The notes: a model not told the origin generated them from the sequence alone. Positions 40,794 to 55,830 are shown, counted from the stretch's first letter. The stretch is DNA of 64,000 bases from Eledone cirrhosa (GCA_964016885.1 OZ024740.1:166222001-166286000); one strand, 5' to 3'. Made by a program: numbers and translations.

Positions 40794-43700
40794 ATGACCT
40801 CACTCAGAATAGGCAGCATAAATGCGCGTGGCTTGGGGTCGTCATGGAAGCAGGGCCACCTGCTCAACGACCTCAGGTCACTAAACATAGATGTAGTGGC
40901 CATCAGCGAGACCAGAATCTCCGAAGCACAGGCTTTCGCACCGATCTTCGGCGGCTACGATGTGTACGCATCTCCCAGCCGTCCGGGATCGGGGGGAGGA
41001 GTTGCTGTGCTTTTTCGGAGAGGTTTGGATCTTGCCATACGGGCCATCTTCCTGGACCCAGAAGGTAAGTTGGTGGTGCTGGACGTGACCAGCGGAGACG
41101 GGCAAGCTTTCAGGTTAGTGGCCGTCTATGCCACGACAGGAGCAGGGCGGCCTGATTTCTTCCGGCGTCTGGAGACCTTTCTTGGAACGTCCCACTCTTT
41201 AGTGTTAGTGGGCGACTGGAACGAGATCTTAGATGCACGCTGGGATTGTGTGGGATTAATGGATAAGGAAGGAGGGTGCAAGAGTCTCACCAACCTGCTC
41301 AGACGTTTTGAACTGTCTGACAGGTACCGAATGGATTTCCCGAATGTACCAATGTGGACTTGGACAAATCGCATAGGGTCATCCAGATCATATCTAGATA
41401 GATTATTTTGTAGGGAAATAGATAGGTCTAGCATAGGCTGTCCACAATTCAAGATAGTCAGCTACACGGACCACAAATTCGTGATCTGTGTGCTTGACTT
41501 AGATAGGCTTCATAGGCGAGGACCCGGCTACTGGAAGCTAAACGCGTCCTTACCAGCGCGCAAGGCCTACAGGGACCGGTTTAGCGAACTAGTTAAGCGG
41601 GCGTTGACGGGGGCCATCGTCAACAACAAGTGGTGGTTTGCTCTGAAAAGAGCAATTAGAATAGAGTCCATTAGGTTTAGTAAGACTTTAGCAATAGAGA
41701 AAAATAGAGCAGAGGGAGAATTAGTTAGAATTAGTTAGATGAGGCGCTTAGCAAAGGCATCGCGACCGACGTACTTGCGGTGAAATTGGCCCTTGACCAA
41801 TTCTTCAATGCAAAGCACGAAGGCTGCGTTGTCAGAGATAGGGTGCGTGCTCTCAGACACGAGGGGACGAAAGCCGTTCAATGGGCCCGAGTGGCCGAGG
41901 CGCGTTGTGGCAACAAAGCCACGATCCGGTCTTTGGTGGACCACGACGGGCGCATGCTACTCGATCCCGGGCAAATGTGTGAAGCTTTTCAGCGATACTT
42001 CGCTCAACTGTTCGGGGGCAGTGGCGGGCCGGATCGAGGGATGGACTTTAGTGTCTACCTCGACGGACTGCCGCGGTTTTCGGCCACTGAGGCGGAGTGT
42101 TGCGAAAAGCCGATAACAACCGCTGAAGTACGGGATGCAATGACTAGTTTCGCAAGGGGGGAATCGCCTGGTTTGGATGGTCTGCCCTATGAACTTTACG
42201 TACAAATGCCAAACATGTTCGGAGGCCTCTTGGCGGACGTCTACTGCAACTGGCAACAGAACGGGAGAATTCCCAGCTCTGTGAGCCGAGGAGCTGTGGC
42301 GCTGCTGAGAAAGGATCCGAACAAGGGGGATAACATAGATAATTTTAGGCCAATAACTCTGCTAAACACAGAGTTCAAGATTTTGGCCAAGGTGCTAGCA
42401 AAGAGGTTGGCGCTTGTCGTTGGTGGTCTGGTGGGAGAGGCACAGACATGCGCCATTCCCGACAGATCCATCCACGACAACCTCCACCTCATGCGATACA
42501 TCGTAGAGAGGGTAGCTAGGGAACCTGGTACGGGTGGGTCTTTGATCAATTTAGATCAGTCGAAAGCCTTCGATAGGGTCGACCATCGTTACCTAGCGGC
42601 AGTCCTGAGGGCGGCTGGCTTTGGGCCCGTCTTCAGAGGCTGGATCGCTGCCATGCACAGCAACATCTGCTCTGTAGTGAAAGTGAACGGTCACCTTTCA
42701 GAACCGTTTAACATCATGCGCTCGGTCCGCCAAGGATGTCCCCTCTCATCCCTATTGTACGTATTGACTCTCGAGCCATTACTGCACAAATTGGATACGT
42801 TGAGGGGGGTCCCGCGCGAACTAGGATGCGGAAGATCCGTGTCAGCATATGCCGACGATGTCACCGTAGTGGTGTCGAACGCCAACCACATTGAGGCGAT
42901 CGGCACTACACTAAGAGAATACGAAGCGGTGACAGGAGCAATGATCAACCAGGAAAAGTCAGTGGGCCTGCAGCTCGGCACCTGGAGAGGCAGGTCCATG
43001 CCGTCCAACAACGTCGTCGGGCGCTGGACGGACGGACCGGTTAAATTGCTAGGGGTCTGGTTCTGTCCAGACCTCCAGACGGACAAAAACTGGGACGAGG
43101 TGACGAGCAGGGTGGCTTCTCTCACCCAGAAATGGGCGGAGAGGAAGCTATCCATGAAAGGTCGAGCGGAGGTGGCTAACGCGTACATCGCGTCCGTCAT
43201 CTACTACCGCCTGACCGTTGTACCTTGTCCTAAGCCCCGCCTGACTGCACTGGAGCGTTTGCTCTTTCGCTTCTTGTGGAAGGGACGCGCTCCGATGGTC
43301 AGGCGGTCCATCTGCTGTCAACGCCCGCTACGTGGAGGGCTGGGCATGCCGTGGCTGATGATGCGCAGACACGCGCTCAGGCTACGACATCTCCACCTCT
43401 TCCTCGACGGTGATCAGGTGTGCTCGCCGTTTGATAGACACGTTTTTCCCCAGCTCGTCTCCTTGACGGAGCTGCAGTCCTGGGTCAAGCGAAGACCGAG
43501 AGGGAGCGCTTGGAGACTGGAATGTCTTCAGGCGCTCACAGCCCTCGACCAATCGGGCAATGTGATCGGTGGAAACTCCACCTTGGCGTTCTATAGGGGA
43601 TTAGTGGAGGGGAAGAGCGACGACGTACTTGGAGAAACTCTAGGCGTCGACGAAAATCAACTAGCCAATCTTTTCGGAAGGACTTTCGGGCAGGGGCCTA

Positions 43701-44215
43701 TGAACAACTTCCAGAAATCCCTGGCCTGGCAGTGCTACCGGGGTGCTTTGCCAGTTCGGGATAAACTTTACAGGCATGGAGGTGCCGTCAGCCGGGCATG
43801 TCCGAGATGCGCACAGGGCGACGAAACCGTCCTGCACGAACTCGTCCAGTGTCCGAGCATTGCTGACTTGTGGGTTTATGTCGAACACCTGCTGTCACGT
43901 GTAGGACGGATCCGGCTATCAGCTGAGTCCATCGTGAGGATTGCCCCGCCCTCTTCCTTTAGCCGGGAAGGGCAGGCTTTTTTTATCTGTCTAGTGGCCA
44001 TGGCGAAAGAGATAGTATGGTGGACACGTTTGAAAGGGCTGAAGGCGAGCACTTACCTCTTCGGTGATGCCCTGATTAACTTTTTCAAATTTCATCTGAA
44101 AAGGAAAATCAGGGTAGAGAGGGAAGTGTTCTCTTCCCAGCATTTTGTTGAAAGATGGGTGAGAGAAGCAAGTATGGCCCGAATGAATGGGCCTTCTCTG
44201 AGTATGTGTCTGTAA
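40794..44215 (+). CDS. Tx1 ORF2: AP endonuclease + RT, one frameshift at ~41735
   Basis: SINARGL, ISET, VGDWN, SYLDR, TDH, GYWKLN; [47 protein letters not shown]. Confidence 0.93.
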
Positions 44216-44458
44216 ATTAAAGGTGGAAAACTGGGAGAGGGCACTTGCCCTGGTGGTCAGGGCCACTGTGGTCTTTTAATGGGCTTTCTCTACAAATGTC
44301 CCTCGGAAGTCTCCCCCCTATTGGGGAATTTTTCTTTGTTATTTTATTTCATCCTCTGTTTTTTTTACACGCAGAAATGCTCATTTGTACCGTCCTGTAT
44401 TGTCCTGTACTGTCCTTAATGTCTACTTTATGTGAACCCTTGTGGTTAATAAAGAAAA

Positions 44459-44514
<56 letters not shown>

Positions 44515-44515
<1 letters not shown>

Positions 44516-45585
44516 TCTTTGTGTCTCAGTCATTGATGTTAGTTAACTGGAAAGTTTGTTGAAATCAATATCAAGCCGCTATCTGCAGCATCAGATATTC
44601 AGGACGTATCGGAGGGTTCTTGCTGTTCCCAGCAAGCATGCCTTTTGAAGTGTTCCAAAAAGCGGGGCGGGGCCAATTTTCTTTAACCAACCCTGGAAAC
44701 TCCTTGAGATAGTACCTAGTGCGCCTATGACAATCGGGACGACTCTGACTTCATGGCAGTTCCAAATCCTTTTTACCTCCCACTTTAAGTCCTGGTATCG
44801 GTTAATTTTCTCCATCTCCTTCTCTTGCACTCTCGTGTCGAATGGGCAGGCCACATCCACAATCAGGCACGATCTTTTTTCTTTGTCCAAAACCACCAGG
44901 TCAGGTCTATTTTGTTCCAGTTTCTTGTCCGTCTGTATCCTAAAATCCCACAGCACCTTCACCTGATCGTTTTCTATCACCGACTCTGGCTTATGCTCAT
45001 ACCACTGCTCAGAATGTGGTAAATTGTTTACTTTGCATATGTGCCAGTAGATCTCCCTGCCCATCACATCATGTCTCCAGCCTTTATAGTGAGTCTGGGC
45101 TAGGTGTTTACACTCGGATACAATGTGAGTCACAGTCTCTTCTCTATCTCCACAGATCCTACACAGTGGGCTAGCCTCCTCCTTGTAAATATGGTGTTTC
45201 AACCACTTCGTTTTGAGGGCCTGCTTTTGGGCAGCCATTAGCATTCCTTCTGTAGCCTTTCTAAGGTCTCCTCTCTTCAACCAGTTCCATGTCTGTGGAT
45301 CTCTAAATTCAGTTTTCTCAAAGAAGGCACTATGAAGGGATTTTTCATGAAGGTTGCTCTTTCTCCTTTTTCTTATTTCCTCCTTGGACATCCCCTGGTC
45401 TATTGTCCTCTCCTTCAGTACAATTCTGAGAATTGGCTCCCTACTATCAGTCACGTATATGTGTAGGTTGTTTTCTCCATGTTGACACTCCTCTATGCTG
45501 ATAAGACCTCTTCCACGTTCAGATCTCCTTAAGTAGAGTCTATCGACATCACTCCTTTTGAAGAACATGTTGTAGATAGTCAATA
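44515..45585 (-). mobile_element. R4/Dong family B, 5'-truncated
   Basis: ORF 44591..45583 with CRIC..H..C, RHD and RPD..D..K motifs. Confidence 0.92.
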
Positions 45586-45603
45586 TATTATTATTATTAT
45601 TAT

Positions 45604-48600
45604 CGCCTCCAGTTTTACCTCGTTTACAATCGTTCTAAACCTTTTATTCAAGTTTTAAATTTGATAAAAGTATAGAAGAAGTGATCCACCTAATGCAGGG
45701 GTTCACTCGTAAATAATACGGCACCCCTCTACGTATTTGTGTAAAAATATTTTTTTGAAAAAATTCAATATGGATAACACAAGAAAGAGAGAGAGCGCTG
45801 TCAGACAACACAGAGAGAGGGAGACTTTATCAGCATGTCATCAAGACAGCGTTCCAGCGGAGGTAAATATAAACGAAAATATTACAAAGGAAAAGAAGAT
45901 TGTTACAGATTTAAAATTAATAAATATTTCTAACACTAACAACACCAACAATAACACCAACAACAACACCAATAACAACACCATCAATAACAACAGCAAC
46001 AACAAAAATAACAGCGGTAAGGTGGAGAACGACAATAACAATGACAATACCAACAGCCACAACAACAATAATAGTAGGAACAGTATCAACAAGAACAACA
46101 ATAATAACAACAGCCACAATAACAGTAACAACAGCAACAGTATCAACGAAAACAACAACAACAACACCAATAACTGTACCAACGAAAACAACAACAATGA
46201 CACCGATAGCTGTAATAGCGATCTCAGCACCACCAGTATGACCAGTAGCGGCAGCAATAGTGGTGCTGCTGAAAAAGGGACCACTTCTTTTGCAGGTGTC
46301 GCCCGAAATATCGAGACAGTGTTAGTCACAGAGGAGGAGATGGCAGTCGCAAGGGCCATGGTGACAAGAAGCGCCAATAGAGTCTCCCTGAAACATCCAC
46401 CCGATTTTTTCAAGGACCAGCAGCTACGGACGGTGACTTACCGCACGTAAGCAAAATCTCACATCAGGTGGAGAGAGCCACGGAGGCTCAAATCCCAAAG
46501 GCCTTGGGGTGCGTCTAGGCACGCAAAACCCACATCACCCGAGGCAGAAAGTACGTCAGAGTAGACGTACTTTTCTCCACCCCCCAGGAAGCAAAGTTTC
46601 ACTCTTTGGAAATTCTAAATAGTGAGGAGATAGTCTTGGAGCCCTCCTACTGCGGGCAAACAATTATGAGGGTCAAAGTGACCCAGGTCCCACCCGACTT
46701 GCCCATACCTAGGCTGACCGCGTCTGTCCTTGCTGGAATCGAGAACAGGACGACCATGCTGCAAGTAGAGAAAATAGGGAGAGAGAAGTGGTCAGGTATA
46801 GGCATGCAAATGCTTATACAAACTGACCAGAAATGTATCGACGCTATCCCCGATAACATAGACATCGAGGAAGCACTCGAACTTCCTATAAGTGTAGAAG
46901 GAAGACGGCCAAAATGTTATCTCTGTGGGTCGAAGGGTCACCTCAGTGCCTTTTGCCCGCAGAAGACAGCGAAGAAGGCTCCTCTCCTTCCAATACCTGG
47001 TCCGCTGCTACCAAGAGCCGGGCAGGCAACAAACGAAGAAGCCCCTTCCACAGTGAGTAGGAGGGCAACGTCCGTAGCACCCGTACCAAGGCCACGTACA
47101 ACTAAAGCAGCATCATCAGTGGCGGCAACACCAATAGCTACATTTGAAGTAGCTACACCAGCAACAAAATTGCCGAAGAGGGCTCCACTACCACCACCAA
47201 CAGCCGTGGAGCACATACCCCTCCCAGACGCCACAGAATCCGACATGGAGTTTGAGGCGGGAGTGAAGTGGAAAACGGTCTGCCACAAAAAACAAACAAG
47301 AAAAAAACCCTTAGATTTACCCTCCAAAAGCGAAGGCATACAAAGAGGGGTAAAGGCAGCAAGGAAACTTGCAGCAACACCACCACCATCACCACCACAA
47401 GCACCACTGACAACAACAACCACACCACCACCAGCAACACCAAAAACACCAACAACGCAAACACAACAAGACACACACACCAAACAGCAACAAGAAGAAA
47501 ACAGCAACAACATTCCCCCTCCCCCCAAAACGTACACAGCCATAAATATGGCAAAAAAAGAACTCATACAATATATAAAGCAGCACACATACATCACAGA
47601 AAAAAAACTACTACACCCCACCAACACCAAGTACTCTCCCGACAAACATAAGCATCATCGAAATCTCAATAGAACAGTACAAACCTTTAAAACAAAATTC
47701 CCCCAACGCAGTTGGAGACTTCAGAGGGTCGGTTACCAAGAGGATATACACTGACACCCTCTTGGAAACACCCATGACCAGCGAAAGGGACGGTTATACT
47801 GTCCTTTCACCACACGATCAAGGTAATTGACCCTTTCTCACTTACCCCGTTTCTCATCCAACATGGCCGTACTCAGAATAGGCAGTATAAATGCACGTGG
47901 CCTGGGGTCCTCTGGAAGCAGGGTCACCTGCTCTACGACCTCAGGTCACTATACTTAGATGTGGTGGCCATCAGTGAAACCAGCATCTCCGAAGCAAAAG
48001 CACTCGCACCGATCTTCGGCGGCTACGATGTATACGCATCTCCCAGCCGTCCAGGATTGGGGGGAGGAGGTGCCGTCCTTTTTCGGAGAGGCTTGGATCT
48101 CGCGATACGGGCCATCTTCCTAGACCCAGAAGGTAAGTCGGTGGTGCTGGACGTGACCGGCAGCGAAGGCAATGCTTTCAGGCTAGTAGCCGTCTACGCC
48201 CCAACAGGGGCAGGACGGCCAGATTTCTTCAGATGTCTAGAGATCTTTCTTGGAACCTCCCGCTCTTTAGTGTTAGTGGCCGACTGGAACGGTATCTTGG
48301 ATGCACGCTGGATAGGGGAGGAGGGTGCAAGAGCCTCACAAACCTGCTCAGACGTTTTGAACTCTCTGAGAGGTATCGACTGGATCACCCGAATTTGCCA
48401 ATGTGGACATGGACAAACTGCATCGGGTCATCCAGATCGTATCTCGATAGGGTATTCTGCAGAGAACTAGATAAGGCTAGTATAAGTTGTCCACAATTTA
48501 AAATAGTCGACTACACAGATCACAAATTTGTGATCTGTGAGATCGACATAGACAGACTTCATAGACAAGGGCCGGGTTACTGGAAGCTGAACGCGTCTTT

Positions 48601-51545
48601 CCCGGCGCGCAAAGACTACAGAGATCGGATTAGCGTATTAGTTAAGCGGGCGTTGACGGGAGCGGTCGTCAACAGCAGGTGGTAGTTCGCCCTGAAAAGG
48701 GCAATTAAAGTAGAGTCGATTAGGTTTAGCAAAGGGGTAGTGATAGAGGAAAATAGAGTAGAGGGAAAGCTAATCAGAAAGCTAGAAGAGGCGTTTAGGA
48801 CAGGCATCGCAACCGACGTGCTTGCGGCGAGATTGGCACTCGACCAATTCTTCAACGCAAAACACGAAGGTTGCGTTTTCAGAGCTAGAGCGCATGCTCT
48901 GAAACACGAGGGGACAAAAGCCGTCCAATGGGCCCGGGTGGCAGAGGCGCGACGTGGTAACAAACCCACAATTCGGTCTTTGTCTGACCAAAACGGGTGC
49001 GTGATGCTCGAACCCGAGCGGATGTGTGAAGCCTTTCAGCAGCACTTTGCTGAACTGTTCGGGAGCGGCGGCGGCTTGGATAGGGGCATGGACTTCAGAG
49101 CATACCTTGACGGACTGCCTCGGCTCTCGACCACCGCAGCACAGCGTTGCAAAAAGTCAATAACAGCCGGTGAAATACCGGAAGCGATGGCTAACTGCAC
49201 AAGGGGTAAATCGCCAGGTTTGGATGGTCTGCCCTACGAGACTTATGAATTTATGCCAGACTTGTTCGGTGACCTCTTGGCAGACGTCTACTGCAACTGG
49301 CAGCAGAACGGGAGCATTCCCAGTTTTGTGAGCCGGGGAGCAGTGGCGCTGCTGGGAAAAGACCCGAACAAGGGGGATGTTATCGATAATTTCAGGCCCA
49401 TAACCCTTCTAAACGAAGAGTTCAAGATTTTGGCCAAGGTTGGCGCTTGTTGTCAAGGGTCTGGTGGGAGAGGCGCAGACATGCGCCATTCCGGACAGAT
49501 CCATATACGACAACCTCCACCTCATGCGATACATCATAGAGAGGGTGGTTAAGGAATCTGGCACGGGTGAGGCCCTGATCAACTTGGATCAATCCAAAGC
49601 ATTCGATAGGGTCGAACATCGGTACCTGGCGGCAGTCCTCGAGGCAGCCGGTTTCGGGCCCGTTTTCAGGGGTTGGATCGCAGCAATGTAACAGCGACAT
49701 CTGCTCAGTTGTGAGGGTGAACGGTAACCTGTCGCAGCCGTTCAGCATCATGCGCTCAGTCCGCCAGGGTTGCCACCTCTCGTCCCTCTTGTACGTATTG
49801 TCTCTCGAGCCGTTACTGCACAAACTGTGGGCGGTGAGGGGCGTCCCACGCGAACTAGGATCCCAGTCGGCTTACGCTGACGACGTCACCGTAGTGGTGT
49901 CGAGCACCAGACACGTCCAGATGCTCGGCACCGCTATCAAGCAATACGGAGCGGTGACAGAAGCAAAGATAAACCAGGAAAAGTCGGTGGGCTTGCAGCT
50001 CGGCACCTGGAGAGGCAAGTCCATGCCGTGCGACAGCGTGGTGGGGCGTTGGACGGACGGAACGGTTAAATTGCTCGGGGTCTGGTTCGGACCGGACCTC
50101 CAGATGGAGAAAAAACTGGAACGAGGTGACGAGCAGGGTGGCCTCCCTCACCCAGAAATGTGCAGAGAGGAAGCTGTCCCTGAAAGGTCGGGCGGAGGTG
50201 GCGAATGCGTACATGGCATCCGTCATCTGCTACCGCCTCACCGTCGTCCCTTGCTCCAGCCCAACTCTCACCAAAATGGAGCGCCTCCTCTTCCACTTTT
50301 TGTGGAAGGGACGCGCTTCTATGGTCAGACGATCCATCTGCTGTCAACACCCGTTGCGTGGAGGACTGGGCATGCCATGGCTGATGATGCGCAAACATGC
50401 GTTGAGGCTGCGACATCCCTGGTGCTTCCTTGATGTTGAACAGGTGTGGTCGCCGTTCGCCAGGCACGTTTTCCCACAGCTAGACTCCTTGACTGAGCTG
50501 CAGTCCTGGGTCAGAAAAAGACCGAGGGATAGCGCTTGGAAACTGGAATGTCTCCAGGCGCTCACTGCCATCTGCTAGCTGGGCACCAGTATAGGTGCAC
50601 ATCCACCTCGCCGTTCTATAGAGGACTAGTGGAGGGGAAGAGCGACGACATACTCGGAGAGATCCTGGGCGTCGAAGAAGATCAGCTGTTTGCTCTCTTC
50701 CGGAGAACTTTCAGCCCAGGGCCTATGGATAACTTCCAAAAATCCCTGGCCTGGCAGTGCTACCGGGGAGCGCTGCCGGTTCGAGATAAGCGCTACAGGC
50801 ACGGAAGTGCCGTCAGCCGAGCCTGTCCGAGATGAGCGCAGAGCGACGAAACCGTCGTGCACGCACTCGTTCAGTGCCCGAGCATTGCTGACTTGTGGAG
50901 CTATGTCAAACAGTTGCTGTCGCGTGTAGGACTGATTCGGTTGTCGACTGAGTCCATTGTGCAGATGGTCTCGCCGTCTTCCTTTGAGGGGGATGGGCAG
51001 GCGGTTTTCATCTGCCTGGTGGCCATGGCGAAAGATATTGTGTGGTGGACAAGGTTAAAAGGGTTAAAGACAGACACTTTCCTCTTCGGCGAATCCCCAA
51101 TTAACTTTTTCAAGTTTCACTTGAAGAGGAAAATCAGGGTGGAGAGGCAAGTGCTGCCTTCTAGCAAGTTTGTTGAAAGGTGGGTGAATGTAGCGAGAAT
51201 GGTCCGAGTAAACGGGACCACTCTGAATATACGTCTGTAGTTTGAGAGATGGAAACATTGAGAGAGGGCGCTTGCCCTGGTGGTCAGGGTGGCCGTGGCC
51301 TTTTGTGTGGTTTTCGCCACGTAGAACCCTCGGAGGTTTCCCCCCTATTGGGGAATTTTTCATTGTTTCACTTTTCATTTTTATTGTTTATATATATATA
51401 TGGTTCTACGTCCTTTTTTTTCTTTTATTATATGAATAATAAAAAATATTTACACGGACAAAACCCACATCGTACCATCCTGTACCGTCCTGTGCCGTCT
51501 GTAATGTTTTTCTTGATGTCAGCCCTTGTAGCCAATAAAGAAATC
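45604..51545 (+). mobile_element. Second full-length Tx1/L1-clade LINE, with multiple frameshifts and stops
   Basis: ORF1 pieces 45737-47754 (CYLCGSKGHLSAFC); ORF2 pieces 47862-51240 collinear with 40794-44215; AATAAA at 51534; (TTA)n flanks. Confidence 0.92.
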
Positions 51546-51578
<33 letters not shown>

Positions 51579-51579
51579 G

Positions 51580-54500
51580 TTCTTTGAGTGTCAGTCATTG
51601 ATGTTATTTAACTGGAAAGTTTGCTGATATGTATATCAAGCCACTACTTGCAGCCTCAGATATTCAGGACGTATCAGAGTGTTCTTGCTGTTCCAAGCAA
51701 GCACGCCTTTTGAAGTGTTCCAAAAAGCTGGGCGGGACCAATTTTCTTTAGCCATCCTTGGAAACTCTTTGAGATAGTACCTAGTGGGCCTATGACAATC
51801 GGAACCACTTTGACCTCATGGCAGTTCCAAATCCATTTTACCTCTCACTTTAAGTCCTGGTATCGGTTAATTTTCTCCCTCTCCTTCTCTTGCACTCTCG
51901 TGTCGAATGGGCAGGCCACATCCACAATCAGGCACGTTCTTTTTTCCTTTTCTAAAACCACCAGGTCAGGTCTATTGTGTTCCAGTTTCTTGTCCGTCTG
52001 TATCCTAAAATCCCACAGCATCTTCACCTGATCGTTTTCTATCACCGACTCTGGCTTATGCTCATACCACTGCTCAGAATGTGGTAAATTGTTTACTTTG
52101 CATAGGTGCCAATGGATCACCCTGCCCATCACATCATGTCTCCAGCCTTTATAGTGAGTCTGGGCTAGGTGTTTACACTCGGATACAATGTGAGTCACAG
52201 TCTCTTCTCTATCTCCACAGATCCTACACAGTGGGCTAGCCTCCTCCTTGTAAATATAGTGTTTCTACCACTTCGTTTTGAGGGCCTGCTCTTGCGCAGC
52301 CATTAGCATTGCTTCTGTAGCCTATTTAAGGTCTCCTCTTTTCAACCAGTTCCATGTCTGTGGATCTCTGAATTCAGTTTTCTCAAAGAAGGTACTATGA
52401 AGGGATTTTTCATGAAGGCTGCTCTTTCTCCTTGTTGTTATATTCTCCTTGGACATCCCCTGGTCTATTGTCCTCTCCTTCAGTACAATTCTGAGCATTG
52501 GCTCCCTACTATTAGTCACGTATTTGTGTAGGTTGTTTTTCTCCATCCGAAAACAGTCCTCTATGCTGATAAGACCACTTCCACGTTCAGATCTCCTTAA
52601 GTAGAGTCTATCGACATCACTGCTCTTGTGGAACATGGTGTGGATAGTCAATAGCTTCCTAGTCTTCCTATCCATTTCTTTTTGTTCAGCAACATTCCAT
52701 TTAAGAATTCCCAAAGTGTACCTAATAATAGACACAACTCGGGAATTTACTGCACTTATGGCATTCCTACTGTTCAGATGTGACTTTAATACGCTCCTTA
52801 CTCTCCGAATGTATTCAGTTCTTATCAATTCCTTCATTTTTTTGTTCTTGATGTCATCAGCCTCCAGAACGTCCACATATTTGTATCCTTCTTCAGTGTC
52901 AATTTCATTTATCATCTCACCTGTTGGTACCTGGATTCCGTTGCTTCTGCTCAACTTACCCCTCTTCATCACAATGACTCCACACTTACTAATACCAAAT
53001 TGCATACATATATCATTGCTGAAAATACGGACAGTGTCAACAAGCACATCCAACTCCTTCTCACTCTTCCCGAAGAGCTTAAGATCGTCCATGAAGAGGA
53101 GGTGATTGATGGTAAGCTGTCCCTTTCCCAACATGTATCCTGCTCTCACTTTTCACATTATAATCGTAAGGGGCATCAGGGCATGGACAAACAACAGAGG
53201 GGACAGACTATCTCCCTGGAAGATACTTCTCTTGATCTTCACGCCTCCCAAGGATTCTCCAGCTGATGTTAACTCTGTTTTCCAGGACTTCATACTTTTG
53301 CCCAACAATTGTCTGATGTTATCTGCCACCTTGAAGATCTCTAGGCTTTTGGTGATCCAAGAATGAGGCACCATGTCAAATGCCTTTTTGTAGTCTATCC
53401 ATCCCATGGCAAGACCAGTGTGTCTCCTCTTGCAATTCCTCATTACCATCTTATCAATAAGTAACTGGTCCTTTGTACCACGGGACTTCTTTCGGCATCC
53501 TTTCTGTTCGTCCGGTAACAAGTTGTTTGTGTGGAGGTGATGGTAGATTTCCTCAGACATAATGCTTGTCAACAGTTTCCACATTACGGACATACATGTG
53601 ATAGGTCTATAGCTGGTAACATCATTACCCTTGCTTCGGTCTTTCATTACCAGAACTGTGGTACCTTTTGTCAACCACTCTGGTACCTCACCTGACATCA
53701 AGCAGTCATTGAACATGGTTGTCAGTTTCGGGTGGAGGGATGTTATATTTTTAATCCTATACCCCTGCACACCATCTGGGCCTGGTGATTTCCAGTTGGT
53801 ATGTTCTTTGGCCTGCCCTTAAGAGTTTCAACTGTGATACTCAAGTCAGTTTGTTGGTGTGCCTGTTCACTAATCTCCTTTTGTACTGTCTCAATCCACA
53901 CTGCCTGGTCATTATGTTTAACATCCTGCTTTGATATTCCTCTCCAGAATGTCTTAGTTTGTTCCGCCTCAGGGATCAAGTCGTTGCCTCTTTCTTTCCC
54001 TTCAAGCTGTCCAAACAATATCTTCTGGTTGTGTGAAACATGCGGTTCTGTCTATACTGACTGACTCTACTCTCGTATCGCCTAATTTTTGCACTCTTTG
54101 CTACAATGCGTTGCTTCAGTTCCTCTATGATAATATTTAACTTTTTCCTCCTAGTTTTGTTCTTTATTTCCAGTCTATTTTTAGTGTCTATCATTTTTAG
54201 TGTCCCATTCAGTAGGGACTCAAGCTTTCCAATGTCATTTCTCATTTCCCTGATTCAGACGTTTCTTCCACCAAGGTTATGATTTTTCTTGTTTGTTGTT
54301 TCCTCTCGCTTTTATGCCAAGTAATTTCCTCACCGCATTTGCTGTTGCTTTGAAGATATTGTTGCACTGGTGAAGGCTCCTCGCCTCAAGGTATGGGATG
54401 ACTTTGTTTACCTTAGCTGTTGTTTCTTTTAGCTTTTTCCTGTCTACAAATCTTAGGTTCATAGGTTTCCCACTAACATTGTTCAATTCATCTACCACTA

Positions 54501-55160
54501 AGTTTAGGATATCAACCAAATCTTGTCCTAGCCCGTCAGCATTCATCTCCTCAAAGGCCATATCTTTGTTCCAGGTATTATTTATTTCAGCATTCAGATC
54601 ATTGTCTGCTTCGGATGGTTCCTCCGTTCTCTCAACCTCTTCACCTTCATTTCCGACTGGCTCGTTTGCCTGGCATACTCCACTCTCCATTTCCAACCTA
54701 ATCTCTCTGCTCAGTTCCTCCAGTTCCAGCTCGCTTATCCACCCATAAGTTCTTATTACCCGAGCCTGCCCGGCCAATTTTTGTTCATCTAATTTAAATA
54801 GACCAATCTCGTTCCAGATGTTATGCATCCGTTTCCTATAGCCTTTCTCCTTGGGGTTACTCTTCAGGTAACATTGCATAACAGTTCTTTTCAATTCTTT
54901 CGTCCAGTTGGTTCTGGTCCCTTTCCTACTTCTTCTTCCTCGCACACCAGCAGTATTTGGTTGACAGCCAGGTCTCAGCTGCCGAGCCAGGGAGCACCTG
55001 CTGGGTGAGAATCTGTCACATGACATTCCAGTCTCCACTTCACCGTTATTCGAAGTGTTTAGACATTAAAACACTCTTATCGAGGATTGGTGAATGTATG
55101 GTTACATAACCACCGGTGATTTCATCACCTCCGGTGATTTTAGTGTGGCACTATCACGCT
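51580..55160 (-). mobile_element. Near full-length R4/Dong family B element (disrupted ORF)
   Basis: N-terminus WTKELKRTVMQCY..GYRKRMHNIW; RT YRPITC, IDYKKAFD, FQGDSLSP, LLFMDD; CCHC and REL domains. Confidence 0.92.
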
Positions 55161-55418
55161 GTAGACGAACATAAATAAACAAACAAACAAATAGGTAACC
55201 CCCCACCCCCCACCCCCCAAAAAAAGAAAAAGATAAAGCATAAGTTTCATTGTAATGTAATGTTTGAATGTCTGACTTAGTTTTTTTTTTCCTTCTCTGT
55301 CTGTTTTTCTTTTCTTTTCTTTTCTTTTCTTTTCTTTTCTTTTCTTTTCTTTTCTTTTCTTCTTCTTCTTCTTTTTCTTTTTCTTTTTCTTTTTCTTCTT
55401 CTTCTTCTTCTTCTTCTT

Positions 55419-55449
<31 letters not shown>

Positions 55450-55470
55450 TTATTATTATTATTATTACAG

Positions 55471-55830
55471 CTGCATTTATCTTGCTTTATGTTCATACGA
55501 GTTATCACCAAGTCACAACCAGTGACTTCAAGAGACAACAAGGTCCGCCATGTTCAAGAAAGAACATACATAATCACACATGCATCTTTAGGTCTTTAGA
55601 CTTGTGATGTACTTATATTGACAGAATCTTCCTTAGTATATGGGCAGTTCCCATTAGTACTATCTTTTGTATTTCTCCTATACGCGGGTTTCCTGGGATT
55701 TGCGATAAGTAGTCATTAGACCCCTTAGGTATCATTCCCAGTGCGCCTACAACCACTGGTATTGTTTTAGTTCTCAATTTCCACATTTTTCCAATTTCTA
55801 TCTCCTGGTCCTTATACTTGCTAAATTTGT
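55471..55830 (-). mobile_element. R4/Dong family A 3' fragment
   Basis: Matches 36040-36390; preceded by (TTC)n(TTA)n and followed by (TTA)n. Confidence 0.9.

Larger units (their letters stand above)
38557..44460 (+). mobile_element. Full-length Tx1/L1-clade LINE inserted in (TTA)n
   Basis: 5' UTR, ORF1, ORF2 (APE-RT), 3' AATAAA at 44448; (TTA)n on both sides. Confidence 0.93.

Noticed and set aside
55080-55170. Ribozyme at the 5' end of the Dong element (GGTGATTTCATCACC hairpin)
   Set aside because: Only a simple hairpin and short repeat; no HDV or hammerhead core could be assembled.
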